Below the pieces are notes generated by a model. It was given only the letters and a program-made list of their open reading frames with translations. It searched no databases and was not told the DNA's origin. Below, piece after piece: positions 14,865-26,200 of a DNA stretch of 64,000 bases. How positions within the stretch are numbered: the stretch's first letter is position 1; each line of letters opens with the position of its first letter. This DNA comes from Balanoglossus misakiensis (taxonomy: Eukaryota > Animalia > Hemichordata): assembly GCA_040954595.2 (NCBI GenBank), contig CM082577.2, positions 2,046,001-2,110,000 on the forward strand, written 5' to 3'. The position numbers and the translations under genes are program-made.

Positions 14865-16299
14865 AACATCGAATATTGGCGATGTCATCTGGTGACCAAT
14901 ACTGCAGCGGTACGCTGCTTAAAATGTTCAGGAATGGACATTTGTGTGGCCGAACGAAGCCAATCTTGAGTAAAAATCAGCAGTAGAGTTCCATGTTTAC
15001 TTTCGCCAGTTCTTTGCTGTTCTCGTCTGCTGGTGTTGCCGCGGCAACTCATGTACATGTACAACAGAAACAGAACAGCTAAAAACAACATAGGGTGTAG
15101 GTAAAGACAGAGCCTAACTCTACAGCTGATTTTAATCAGATTGGGTCGAAGTATGACATTTACATATGTAAGCATCACTGCCTTTGCATGTTACAAGCGA
15201 TTGGACAGACGATGGATCTTTTGCATTTCCGAACGTACCTGCAGTCAGATGTGGTTCAGCAACGTTGGATGGACCGTGGTGTGGCGTAGACGCGTGCACG
15301 AACATTTATAATATTGCAGCCGACATCGACAGTCGCATGTGAGCTCGCCCAGCGCCTGTGTTGCAGCCTCGTGATAAAATGGACATTTTGTGCTATGTTT
15401 GCAGGGTGCTAGTGCTCGTTATATTCTTGACCGAAATCGGACGGACATAAGTTTCCATGCCAGAATATCAATTCTTTCCCAACTTTAACTGAAAATTTAC
15501 AAGATTTCTATGAAGAAAGACGTCAGGATCATAGATAGAAGAGCTCTATTGTCTCTGTCAATACCGTACAGGTATTAACTCAAGCTGATTGTTTCTCGTC
15601 GTTTTCCTCCGCTGTCGCACTGATAAAAGGCGGACAAGCTCTCAAAGTCGCACTACGAAATTTCACCGACAATAACAATGTCAGCTGCAGGCAACAGCAC
15701 ATGAGAATTTTTGTTAGTCGCGAAAAAACAACACGCACTCTTCCGAAATCCTTGAAACACAGACAACTGCTATGATACTCTTTATGCGTGCAGGCACACT
15801 TCTTTGCGATTTCAAAACCGAACCCAAATTCAAAGTATGTACATGTAGGTCTAGCTCTGTGTATGCGGGCGTTCGACATATTGAAGCAATAACTGAACAC
15901 TATTACCGTCACAGTATAGTCTTTAAAACTTGATATTGTTTGAGAATTTTTTCAGATTACGTGTTATTGTACTACAGTTGGGACGTGTGAACGAGAGGAT
16001 TAGCTGTAGGATGCGCATTATGGTCACGTGACCATCTTAGAGTTGCGCTTTTTCCTTGGAAGCAAGCGACAGTCGCTCTACTATCTAGATGATTTTCCCG
16101 ATATGTTAGTTATGTTTCAAGTATATTCCAAATCAGTACATTTGATTCATTCGACATGTTTTTAAAGACAAGGGAAGTGCACATTTTGCAAATCAAATCG
16201 CTTATTGTAGCACTCACGGGCATTGTAGCTATATCCTGCATTATGAATGGTTGAACTACATTGTATCATCAGAAAAAAAATTGGTTTGAAAAGTATATT

Positions 16300-16305
16300 T
16301 TTATT
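16300..16305 (-). terminator. Candidate FDXR polyadenylation signal (AATAAA on - strand)
   Basis: tttatt on +; the first canonical hexamer I found downstream of the FDXR stop at 16683. Confidence 0.5.
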
Positions 16306-16327
16306 TGGCTGCAAATCAATGTAGTAA

Positions 16328-16333
16328 AATAAA
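16328..16333 (+). terminator. Candidate polyadenylation signal of the Ly6/uPAR gene
   Basis: The only AATAAA I found between the stop at 14864 and FDXR; followed by a T/GT-rich tract near 16368-16377. Confidence 0.5.
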
Positions 16334-16682
16334 TACAAATCAAACAGAGCTCTCAATTACTATCCACTCTGTTTTTGCAGTTGATATGGTGTGAAAGGTG
16401 CATTTAGATGATAAGTTTTGTTACACATGTATTGTCAATCGGCAAGATTTTCAGCTGAAACCAAAAGGAATCATAAAATTTTGCTTTTGAAGTTTTTTTA
16501 TGTATTTCCACGAAGCCAAATATTTTCCTGAGCAATGCGAAAGTCAAATACGCAACTGCAACAACTCTTCGCGTTGCACACGTTGAGCTGACTTCTTCAA
16601 GTACCACAATCCTGATTGGTTGATGTGATAGGATTCACTGGAGCAGATATAGTACCACAGATCTGACTGGCTGACAAGGTTG

Positions 16683-19600
16683 TCAATCAAATGCAGCTTC
16701 CAGCATTTCAGCCACTGTCACAAACTTCTCTCTAGGTTTGCCGATTGATTCTCCCCTCGTCTTCTCGTATTCATCGATCCTTTTCCAGTCATCGAATGTT
16801 ACAGGGACAACGCCTGTGGCGGAGGAAAACAAAAGAATTGTACAATTATAAAGGGCGATGGTCGTCTTATGCACATCAATGTGAAGAAACAAAACACTTT
16901 TGGATTCCATTACCTTTTTTATCGACGACGTCCAAAATCTTGTCCCGCCCTTTGTCTGTTGTGGCTTTGATATCCAGAGCTCCGGTACTGATGTCTTGCA
17001 CGACTGATTTCCCGGTCTCAAATCCGTCCGTCATTGTGCTCAGGATGACCCCCGTGGGACCTCGACGCACCCAGCCACTGCAGTAGAAACCTAGAAAACA
17101 CAACAAACTCTGTTACAGCACAGTTGATCATATTTGAAAATTAAAGGTCATAATTATCAAAGAGCATCAAACATAAACTGATAAAGTTTTCCACAACACG
17201 ATTGTTTCACCTCACCTCGTAGATTGTCAACTCTGCCGGCAGTGTTTGGTATGACCCCGTTCTTTGCATCAAATGGTATGCTATCGTCTATAGGCAGACT
17301 CCTATAACCAATACTCCTTAGTATTAATCCACATTGAAGGAACTCTTCCTCGTTGGTTGGCACAGCACGGACAGTATTCCCTGACTCCTATCAACCCAAA
17401 CAGCAAGTTGCATTGTTGAACATTCTAGTTCTTACATATTGTGAATTTTATCATGACAATATAGAGCTTACGATTTTCTAATATCAAACACTACAGATAT
17501 TGAAATCACACACAGCAATAATACTACTTAAAGTTGATTACCCCCACATCAAATTAACGGATCAAAATAATTGCACTGTTCTTACATTGAGATGCTTTGT
17601 GATGGATAAACGCAGAGTAAAAACTGATGAAGATTTTTCACAAAATTGGCAATAATGAACACTTACTTCTAATTTATTTACTTTCAGTCGTATCCCTGCC
17701 ACATTGAGGCCATCATTCGTTGGAACAATTTCAGCTGGGCTCCTGAGAAACTTCAGCCTCCAATCCTTAGTGGCCACTGCCTGTCTCTCTGCTTCTTTGC
17801 CCGTTGGGGGCGCCATTGCTGTCTTGATCATCAACTCTGTCAGCCGTTTCCTTGGTCTTGGAAGATCTGACAAAGAACGAATATGGCACATTTGTCTTTC
17901 AACCCTTTCACCCCCATGGTTTGGGCCAAATCCATTGTTTTCTATGGTAAACTTGGACCTCTATAGAGGAAAATGGTTGTGAAAGGGTTAAACTAGCAAC
18001 TTACTTGGCACAATCTCTGAAAGTCCTTCAAAGTCTCTGGGGTCAAGCACTGACCTACAACCCGGCAGTTTGGTCATTTCTCTCAATTCTTTGATCGTAA
18101 ATGCAACTTGCAGCGGTCCTCGTCTGCCCACAACATACACTGTCTTCACTCTGCTCTCTGCTAAAACATCGAGGGCGTGTTGTGTGATGTCTGTTTCCTG
18201 AAAAATGGGGTCCATAAACCGGTAATTAAAGATATGTCACCTACAGTTTCAGAGTGGTCAGTCCTAAATTGGCCAAAAGGATTGTAATGCATAAATAAGC
18301 TATGCCTCCATCAAACTGTAATACCGATGAATACCGACAGTTTGACTTACTTTGAGAATGCTGACTGGTGTCAATAGAATCCTTGCCACGTCCAAAGCAA
18401 CATTACCGTGACCAATAATGACCGCCGTTTCGCTACTTAGATCTGGGTTCAGCTGGAGAGAAAAAAAGTAACATTATGAAATTGGAAACCTTGACCACAT
18501 CTTCTGATATTTTGACCACCCACATTTGAAATTTTGCATTTTATCCAAGTTTCAATTATCTTAACAATTTGTATCAGCGAGTTGTTTGACAACAAGAAGT
18601 GAACATTGAACAAAGAATGTTATGTTTCTTAAATTTAGGCAAATTGATTTTGCTATATTTCTGTGGTAAATCAGTCACCGCAGAAGACTTCTTCCCAAAC
18701 AGTAGATAATTACCCTCCTGTCGTCCGGCAAACCATTGTACCAACCGACAAAGGACCTTGCTGAGTAAACACCGTGCAGGGATTCACCATTGATACCCAA
18801 GACTCTGTCATCTTCAGCTCCATAACTCTGTACAGTCCAAAAGACAAAGGACAGATCATGCACTAATATTTAAAAAATATATCTGCCAATAACTCAATTT
18901 CACTTGTATATTAATATTATAAGAATATCGAGGGAGGGGAGAGAGAGAGGGGGGGGGGGAGAAATACAGAGTAAAAGGGATTTAGGAAAGAATAGGGGAC
19001 AGGCAGAGGGAGATTAGAAAGCAGTGCTTGCCAAAAAAATGCTCTTACCAAGACCACAGCATCATAGGCATCCTTCAGCTCTTCCACGGTCACATCTTCA
19101 CCAACAGTCACATTACCAATGAATGAAAACCTCTCGTTCTCAGCAGATGTTGTAAATTGGTTTATGCAGTTCTTGAGGAAAGATACAAAGGCACAACTTA
19201 TGGTAATGCTCATGATATACATGCATGCAAGCCTGTGTCTTGGATATAGTGATTCATAATACATGTACACTGATAGTGATACCCATAGACAACAAGGTGA
19301 TTGACGTTACCTTCACTTCAGGATGATCAGGGGCCACTCCAAATCTCACCAGGCCAAAGGGAACAGGTAACTTCTCAATCATGTCAACACGTGCTTGCTT
19401 GTGACCCTATGGTGAAAACAGCCATACGACATATTTGTAAATCAGTATTTGCTATCATCAGGATATTGATAAGAATGTGATAGAGATTCCTCACTTTTGG
19501 AAATTTAAATGTATAAGAAAATGTTCTTGTGAGGCACTTTACCCCAAACAGACTTTCTAACCAACTATAAGGTATGACAGCAGAAAAGAAAAACAGTTAC

Positions 19601-20036
19601 TACATTGGTCAGATTATCTCCCGTCCCAACAGCCTTATTTCTAAACAATCATGAAGAGCCAACCTCTGCTCCCAACCAGAGCTAGGTTTCCCTATCTTGT
19701 TATTCATTACCTTGAGTATCTGCTGGGCTGTATAGAATCCTGCAGGACCACTGCCAACAATACATACATGAGGTATTGCACTAGCTGTTGATAGCAACCT
19801 GCCAATGATTGGCAGTCTGGTTTGAACTGCTCTGGGTACCATCATCATCCTTTGTGAGTTGTATAGACCCCCTGCAAAAATCGTAATCATGTAAATCAGA
19901 AATGTATTGACAGTGGAAGGGACAATATAGATTCACTTTTTTCGCAACCATCTCATCACGATGACATTCCGGAAGAATGTCGTGTCCACCTACTTGTCAA
20001 CACGTGGCTGCACCTCGTGCAGACAATCGTTGCCAT
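16683..20036 (-). CDS. FDXR: NADPH:adrenodoxin (ferredoxin) oxidoreductase, mitochondrial, 503 aa
   Basis: Eleven exons: 20036-19994, 19871-19711, 19406-19311, 19171-19049, 18827-18714, 18452-18351, 18197-18005, 17866-17667, 17387-17216, 17090-16914, 16813-16683 (1512 nt, phases consistent). Motifs: [11 protein letters not shown] (FAD), [43 protein letters not shown] (NADP), [35 protein letters not shown]. The N-terminus is Arg-rich and lacks acidic residues, like a mitochondrial transit peptide. Confidence 0.97.
17899..17991 (+). mobile_element. 85-bp TTAA-type MITE, family A copy 1 (inside a FDXR intron)
   Basis: tcaa|ccctttcac...gtgaaaggg|ttaa; the core ccatggtttg...ccattgttttctatggt is shared with the copies at 36394 and 39883. 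Confidence 0.8.
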
Positions 20037-20217
20037 CTTTGATAGAAAAACTGACAGACTTTGAGAGAAATCGCAGGTTTCCCACTACTCCTGTTGATTT
20101 CCTATCGGTGCTCCGTCGACTGCAAGAGTTCAAAGGTCACATAAGGTCAGAGCGACGTGATTGGCCACTGAATGTTATGAAGAAGGGAACGACGGGAAAT
20201 ATTTGTCAACTCTCAAA
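20037..20217. promoter_or_regulatory. Bidirectional promoter region shared by FDXR and B9D1
   Basis: Divergent ATGs lie 181 bp apart in a locally CpG-rich stretch. It contains AGTTCA-a-AGGTCA-cata-AGGTCA (20127-20149), and ATTGG (a reverse CCAAT box) at 20160-20164. Confidence 0.8.
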
Positions 20218-23200
20218 ATGGCGTCCAGCACTGTGTTTTTGGTAATGGCGAACGGCCAGATAGAAACTGGAGACGTAAGTTGAATTATTTTTATATTTCG
20301 TAATCAGAATCAGAGGGCGGTTTCGGGTTGATCGTCCCCATGGTTATACTTCGTTGGTGTTTGTTCCAAGTAAAAATCTCTGAGAAATCGCACTTGCAAC
20401 GATCGTGATGAGTAGCTAGCAGACAGACTCCGTCTAGAGGCTAGAGTAACCATGGACGCGCTACAGACGCTGTAGTAACCTAGCTACCCAGACGCCGTAA
20501 CTTAGCTACCCCCCCCCCCCCCGACTGACCATTGGTCGAGTGATTTTGGACGGATACATCAAAGGAAAATGAAATATCTTTTCCGAACATTTCATGTTTT
20601 TTTTTTACACCAGGCTACAGACTAGATTCAGTTCATAGGTGTGGGATATAGCTGTTGGATTTTTTATTTCCAATTTCTTTCGCATTTCAACCTGTCTTGC
20701 CCATTTTGGTCTGTCTACCTTTGGTACATGTACTTAAATACGTTTATGAAACGACACACGACACATTCACCAGCTGACCATGGCCCACCCCTTTATCAGA
20801 ATTGCCAATTTGCAGTTGCATACTAAAATGTTAATTTCACTTTGTTTTAATAATGTTTCAGTTTCCTGGTTTCAATGATGATCTCTATGTCAAGTTCAAT
20901 TATGTGTATGGCCAGGACTGGATCATGACAGCTGTAAGTATAGTCTTAATATTAAATTGATCATAGGAACACACTTTGTCTTTCTGTTGATCAATATGAT
21001 GACAAGCAGTGATAGTAGATTTGTCTCTCAGTTTGTAACATTTCAATACACAGAACTTCCTACCGTGGTGATTTTTTACAGAACAATCCAACATACATTG
21101 CATTTCAACTGATGCTTTTCAGTAATGGTTTTGTTTGTACTGTAGTGTGTTCAAGTTCTTTGTTTCACCTACATGTACATTTACTGATCTGTTATACCCT
21201 AATATGCACAGAACTATAAGACCAATGGCTAGTTATCAACATTCTCATTTTTTGAACTGTTTGCCAGCCAGCTATATTAATTTGGAGTGCAAATAATGTA
21301 TACATATTCTGTGTTTCATACCAGGGTCTTGAAGAAGGAACATCACAGACAAGTAGGAAAAGCCACGATGACCATGGGCACTACGTGTGGAACTTTCCAC
21401 TAGATGTGACTTTCAAGAGTACTAATCCATATGGATGTAAGTGTCACTCTGCAATTGCATGATTCATTTGGATGAAGCTGGCTAGAATTCATTTTGTTCC
21501 AAAGAGAAAACAGGCATTTTGTGGATAAAGAAATTAAATCTCCAATATGTGAGAAATAAATATTGCCCTTTTTCATAAAGCATATGTAACATAATAATAA
21601 TTGCAGATGATCATTTTGTATTTTCAGGGCCACAGTTAGTAGTCAATGTACACGGTCAAGATGTGTACGGTACGGCGGTTGTCAGGGGTTACGGCGCTGT
21701 GCATGTGCCAATCTCACCAGGAAGGTAAGGATGTGTACATACAGTGTGTGGCACACAAAAGTCCCAATTCAATTTTGTGGAACTTCTTGTAGTAGCACTG
21801 CATACCAACGCAGTCGGCTATCAGTATAGCTAACTATGTATCTCCTGTTGATGTGATGAAACTCACACAATTCCTGGTAACCATACGGAAAAGTGGATTC
21901 TCCACTTTGTGTAATTTACCAGACCAAGAGATACATGGATGTAACATAATGCAATCATAATACCGATCATTTACTACATGGGTATAATTCTGTACAATAG
22001 AATTTCTGAACAGCTTCCTGCAATAAATTAGGATCTGAATGTGGCATTCATTTTCACCATCAAACGTAGTATTAGATTACATCTATACCTGGCATTTGTC
22101 ATCTAATTACCCTAATATTACATGGTTTTACTTTATTTTTTTACAGACATGTCAGAATCATTCCATTATATGTCCCGGAATCTTCATCACATTTTCAAAA
22201 ATTCACAAGGTGAGACCTCTTGGTTTTGTGTTTTTTGCCAGTGTTGCATATATATGTATGTACATCTATCTATAAATTAAACCTCCACATTCAGATGATT
22301 GAAAAGACAACAAAATATCATAGATTCAGCATGTGGTGGCGCTATTCATAATTCACCAAGTGTAAACTGGAAGCCAATATCGCGTATATTGACATAGATA
22401 AAAAGTTAAGACGTTTGTTTGAATAAAGATGCAAATAAAAAATCATAACATGTCAAAGGAACAGGAAAATATGTTCAGTATAGACAGGTTTCCAGATTAG
22501 ACAGAGTTTGGTGTCGACAGGTTTTACTGTATGTGATGTTTTTACTTCGATACATTAGCATGATTAGTATATCTTCACAGACTCAGCACATTTTTTTAAA
22601 AGGTGTAGTGTAGAAGCAGTGGGAGTAAAATTGAATGATTTTGTGTGAAATGAAAAAAATCATAGTAACCCCAGGGCTTTAAGCCCAGTTTGTACTTGAT
22701 TCAATGATTGAAATTGTGCTGTAGGGGAAATATGATTATCCCGTGATTTTGTGTGTATTTTCCTACTCTCCAACGCAATCGCTTTGTTGGGCAGGATGGA
22801 ATCGTCAGGTTACAATTTTCCAGTCTAATTACAGGCGAATGCGGTCAATGACTTCCACCCACACTTCCCCACGCCCACAGAAATCACAAGAATTGGATCA
22901 ATAGCCCAAAATGAATGTTCCCAATTTTTTTTTTTTGCTTTTTAATGAGAATATTACCCCACGGGGAAAAGATGCGTGTGTAAAATTCTCTGATTTGGGG
23001 GAAACGACTCGTCTGACATTGACTCTTGCCTGTAGGAGATCCCTGAAGTGCTGGGTCTGTGTGCATCGCATCCTCATTAACGATGTAGGATAAAAAGGGG
23101 GCCAATTGTCAGTAACATCCTCCCTGGCTTTCCTCCCTATTGTCAATTCATTGCCTTCATCTCCCAGTTCCTTGGAAGCTGCATTGTACAATTTGTACAA

Positions 23201-26200
23201 TTCTGCCAACGTTTTTTGAAACCTTCAACTGTCATCAAAAGTTAGCTTTTAGATGACAATTGACAAGTGTAGTTAGCAACAGCCGACAGCTTTATTGAGT
23301 CAAGTGATTTTGTTCTTGGAAGTATATTGAATTTAAAGCAATGCTGTATGAAACTTAATAAACAGTAAGAGGATTGTATTTGCTTGATTCCTTGTTTTTT
23401 GTTTTGTGTATCTGTGATTGATTCTCATGTAGATGTTGAATTATTTCATGCAGTTGGCTGATGAGCAGAAGACCAGAATACAGAGATCACAACACTGTTG
23501 CCAGGGGCGAAGGAAGAGAGGGTAAGTTTTTGAAAAAAGTGCTCCCTCTGGTGTTCACATTTTGTCGCATACAAACATGTGCATATCGACACCTGTTTGC
23601 ATCAAAGTGCTTTGTATGTTGTCTATGAGGTCTGTTTCTTGGTGGAGAAGAAATAATGATTGATTGATTGATGAATATCTGTCTGACTGAACAGTCAGTG
23701 CAAAGTGACAACACCACATACATTCCAGCAGACAGGAACTGGTGTTCAATCTACACGGATTTCATCAATAAATCTGGCAACATGCTAATATTTGTTGTTG
23801 CAACTCGGAAACAGATCACTCAGAATTTGTCACTGCAAGTGTGGCAGACATTTCATTTTATCAAATTAATAACTTCCAGACGAGCAATATTTAAAACATA
23901 GAATTCCACGATCACACACACCCTGAGCGTTTTTATCAACTGAAGAGGTATTTGCGTGGGTGAATTGGAAATATTGATGTGTTTCCTTTGATTAAAGACA
24001 AACACTTTTGACTAAATATAGTGAAATTTTATGAGAAATTGAATGGGATTTGATAATTTACTTTTCATCATTGGCAGTTACAAAATGAAAAATGTTTTCT
24101 GGGTTTGCACGTTGCCAAGTGTTACTATTTTCAGTTGAAAGTACATTGTACTGCTATTTGCTGTGTGTTCGCAGGAACCGGCTGTGACTATTGAAAGTTA
24201 TCAATAGACTGTAGAGCAATGTTCTTGTATCCTGTCCTGTAAAACATAAATTATAGAAGAGATTTAATACTTTTTGTGCACCATCAGCTTCCTAACCGTC
24301 CGTGGTATGAAACAGTGTCGCTTCATCTTAGAAGGGTGAATTTATTAAAGGGACATTAGCTGTAACTTTTGGCTTTAACTTCAGTATTTTTGTCATGTAC
24401 CTGCTTAATGTAAATTTGGTGTTGTATCCCCTTAAGAGCCAGTAAAGCATAACATGAAACCGATTTCAATCAGGGCCACCAGCAGCCAGTCTGTGCCCAT
24501 CAGACAGACCGTGAAATTAAAACCGTATGGATCACGACATCTGTAAAGTTTAATATCTGTCAAAATTACATTAGCGCCTCGAAAAGATGAAGTTGAGGAC
24601 TATTTCCTGTGTGAGGGCACATCCGATAACCCTACAGGTGTTTGAAAGATGACGGGAGAGGGGCAAAAAAGAGCAGCTGGGTGTTGTTTGTCACATTAAG
24701 TGCAATATCAATTCACCCGCTCTGCATTGTTGACTCGAGTAATTGCTATCACTGGTGCGTACTCTTCACCTGTTCCTGAAAGAGATAATTAAGTCGAGCA
24801 AAAGTAGTGAATCTCATGCCGTGCCTGACATTATGACATTATCATAGCAATAGCTTCGTTTTCCAACAACAGCGTCCAGGCTTTTGTCGCTACGTTGTTT
24901 TGACGATGTTGTATTATTTTCTTCAATCAGCCTCTCGCCAGTTTTTGGATTATTACAGTTGTGCATATCATCCGTTCTGTCACGGCATCTCTGTTGCTTT
25001 CATTTCCTGTGTCACGGTTTTGCGGGCATTCTGTTTTCCTGTATAGCAGTATGAGGTGAAAAGAATGAAAATGAAAAGCCCCTGGGGTTAAAACTTTACA
25101 TTAAAAGTTTTTTGTTTTTGTTTGAGTGGCTTATTGGTCACTGCTAGTGCAGCATCGACATTACACTCATGAATAAAAAATCATCATGAAAGGACACCGA
25201 ACGCAAACCAGCAGACAGCGAAAATTGATCATTCATAGACTTCTGTCAAAATTTTATAAATTTTCATTCATCAAGTATGAGAGCCTTAATAATCTGCCCT
25301 TTTCCCCCCAATGACCATGTTTGTAGGCTGACTTCGATAACAGTCTACCGAAAAACATGACACCAAGAAAAAAAATCATGATAGATGGTTACATCATGCT
25401 TGCATGCCAAGCCTCGCCGACTGCTCAAACAAGCGCCGTGGTGGAAGTGATCGATACTCACAGGAGAGAACCGTCTGAGAATGAAAACCCAGTTTACATT
25501 ACAGACCGCAGACGCCATCTTGGTATTGAAGTAGTTTTTTGCTTGAAGTAAATTAGATTTTGATATTTGCCCAGGAGTCTGTCTCAGAAGTTGGGAAACA
25601 TTCAGAGTGAAAGTGATAAACCATCAAACGATCTTCATTATTAAAATCTGGCATCAAAATCTGGGTGACCATTTTTCAATTTTGTTTTTATGACAACAAA
25701 ATGAATAGGTTGGACATGCTGCTCACATATACATGTACATTGTACGTAGACGGAACTCCATACATATTTAATGATGTCTTTATTTGCGAGGGATCTTGGC
25801 TACATGAATATTTTAATGGTGTTTGCTTTGTTAATTCAGTTTGCTGGGTCTGTATTGTACATCTGCTGTCACTTTTTGGTCCCCCGTGTGATGGAAGTGG
25901 GAAAGCAGTGCGCACTTTTTTTTCCGAGAGATCGCACATGTTTGAAATTAACGGAAACGTGATCTGTATTCAGTGAAGATCACGTATGTATAGCGCTGAC
26001 ACACAGTGGAATAGGGAACTCCAGAACATTTGTTTACTCTCCTCAATTCCCCAGACTGGATTTTAGAGTAAATGTTATGTGTAAAAAAAAATCAAATAAG
26101 CCACGATTCTGTATCAGTTTTGAAAACATCCAATCAAGCAAGTTGTGTTTGGAGTGTGTGACAGACAATCTTGCAGGAAGGACTGCATCGTGACCAAGAG

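Noticed and set aside
16635-16685. FDXR TGA-C leaky stop context
   Set aside because: Readthrough would add only QPCQPVRSVVLYLLQ, with no targeting signal and no CTAG motif.
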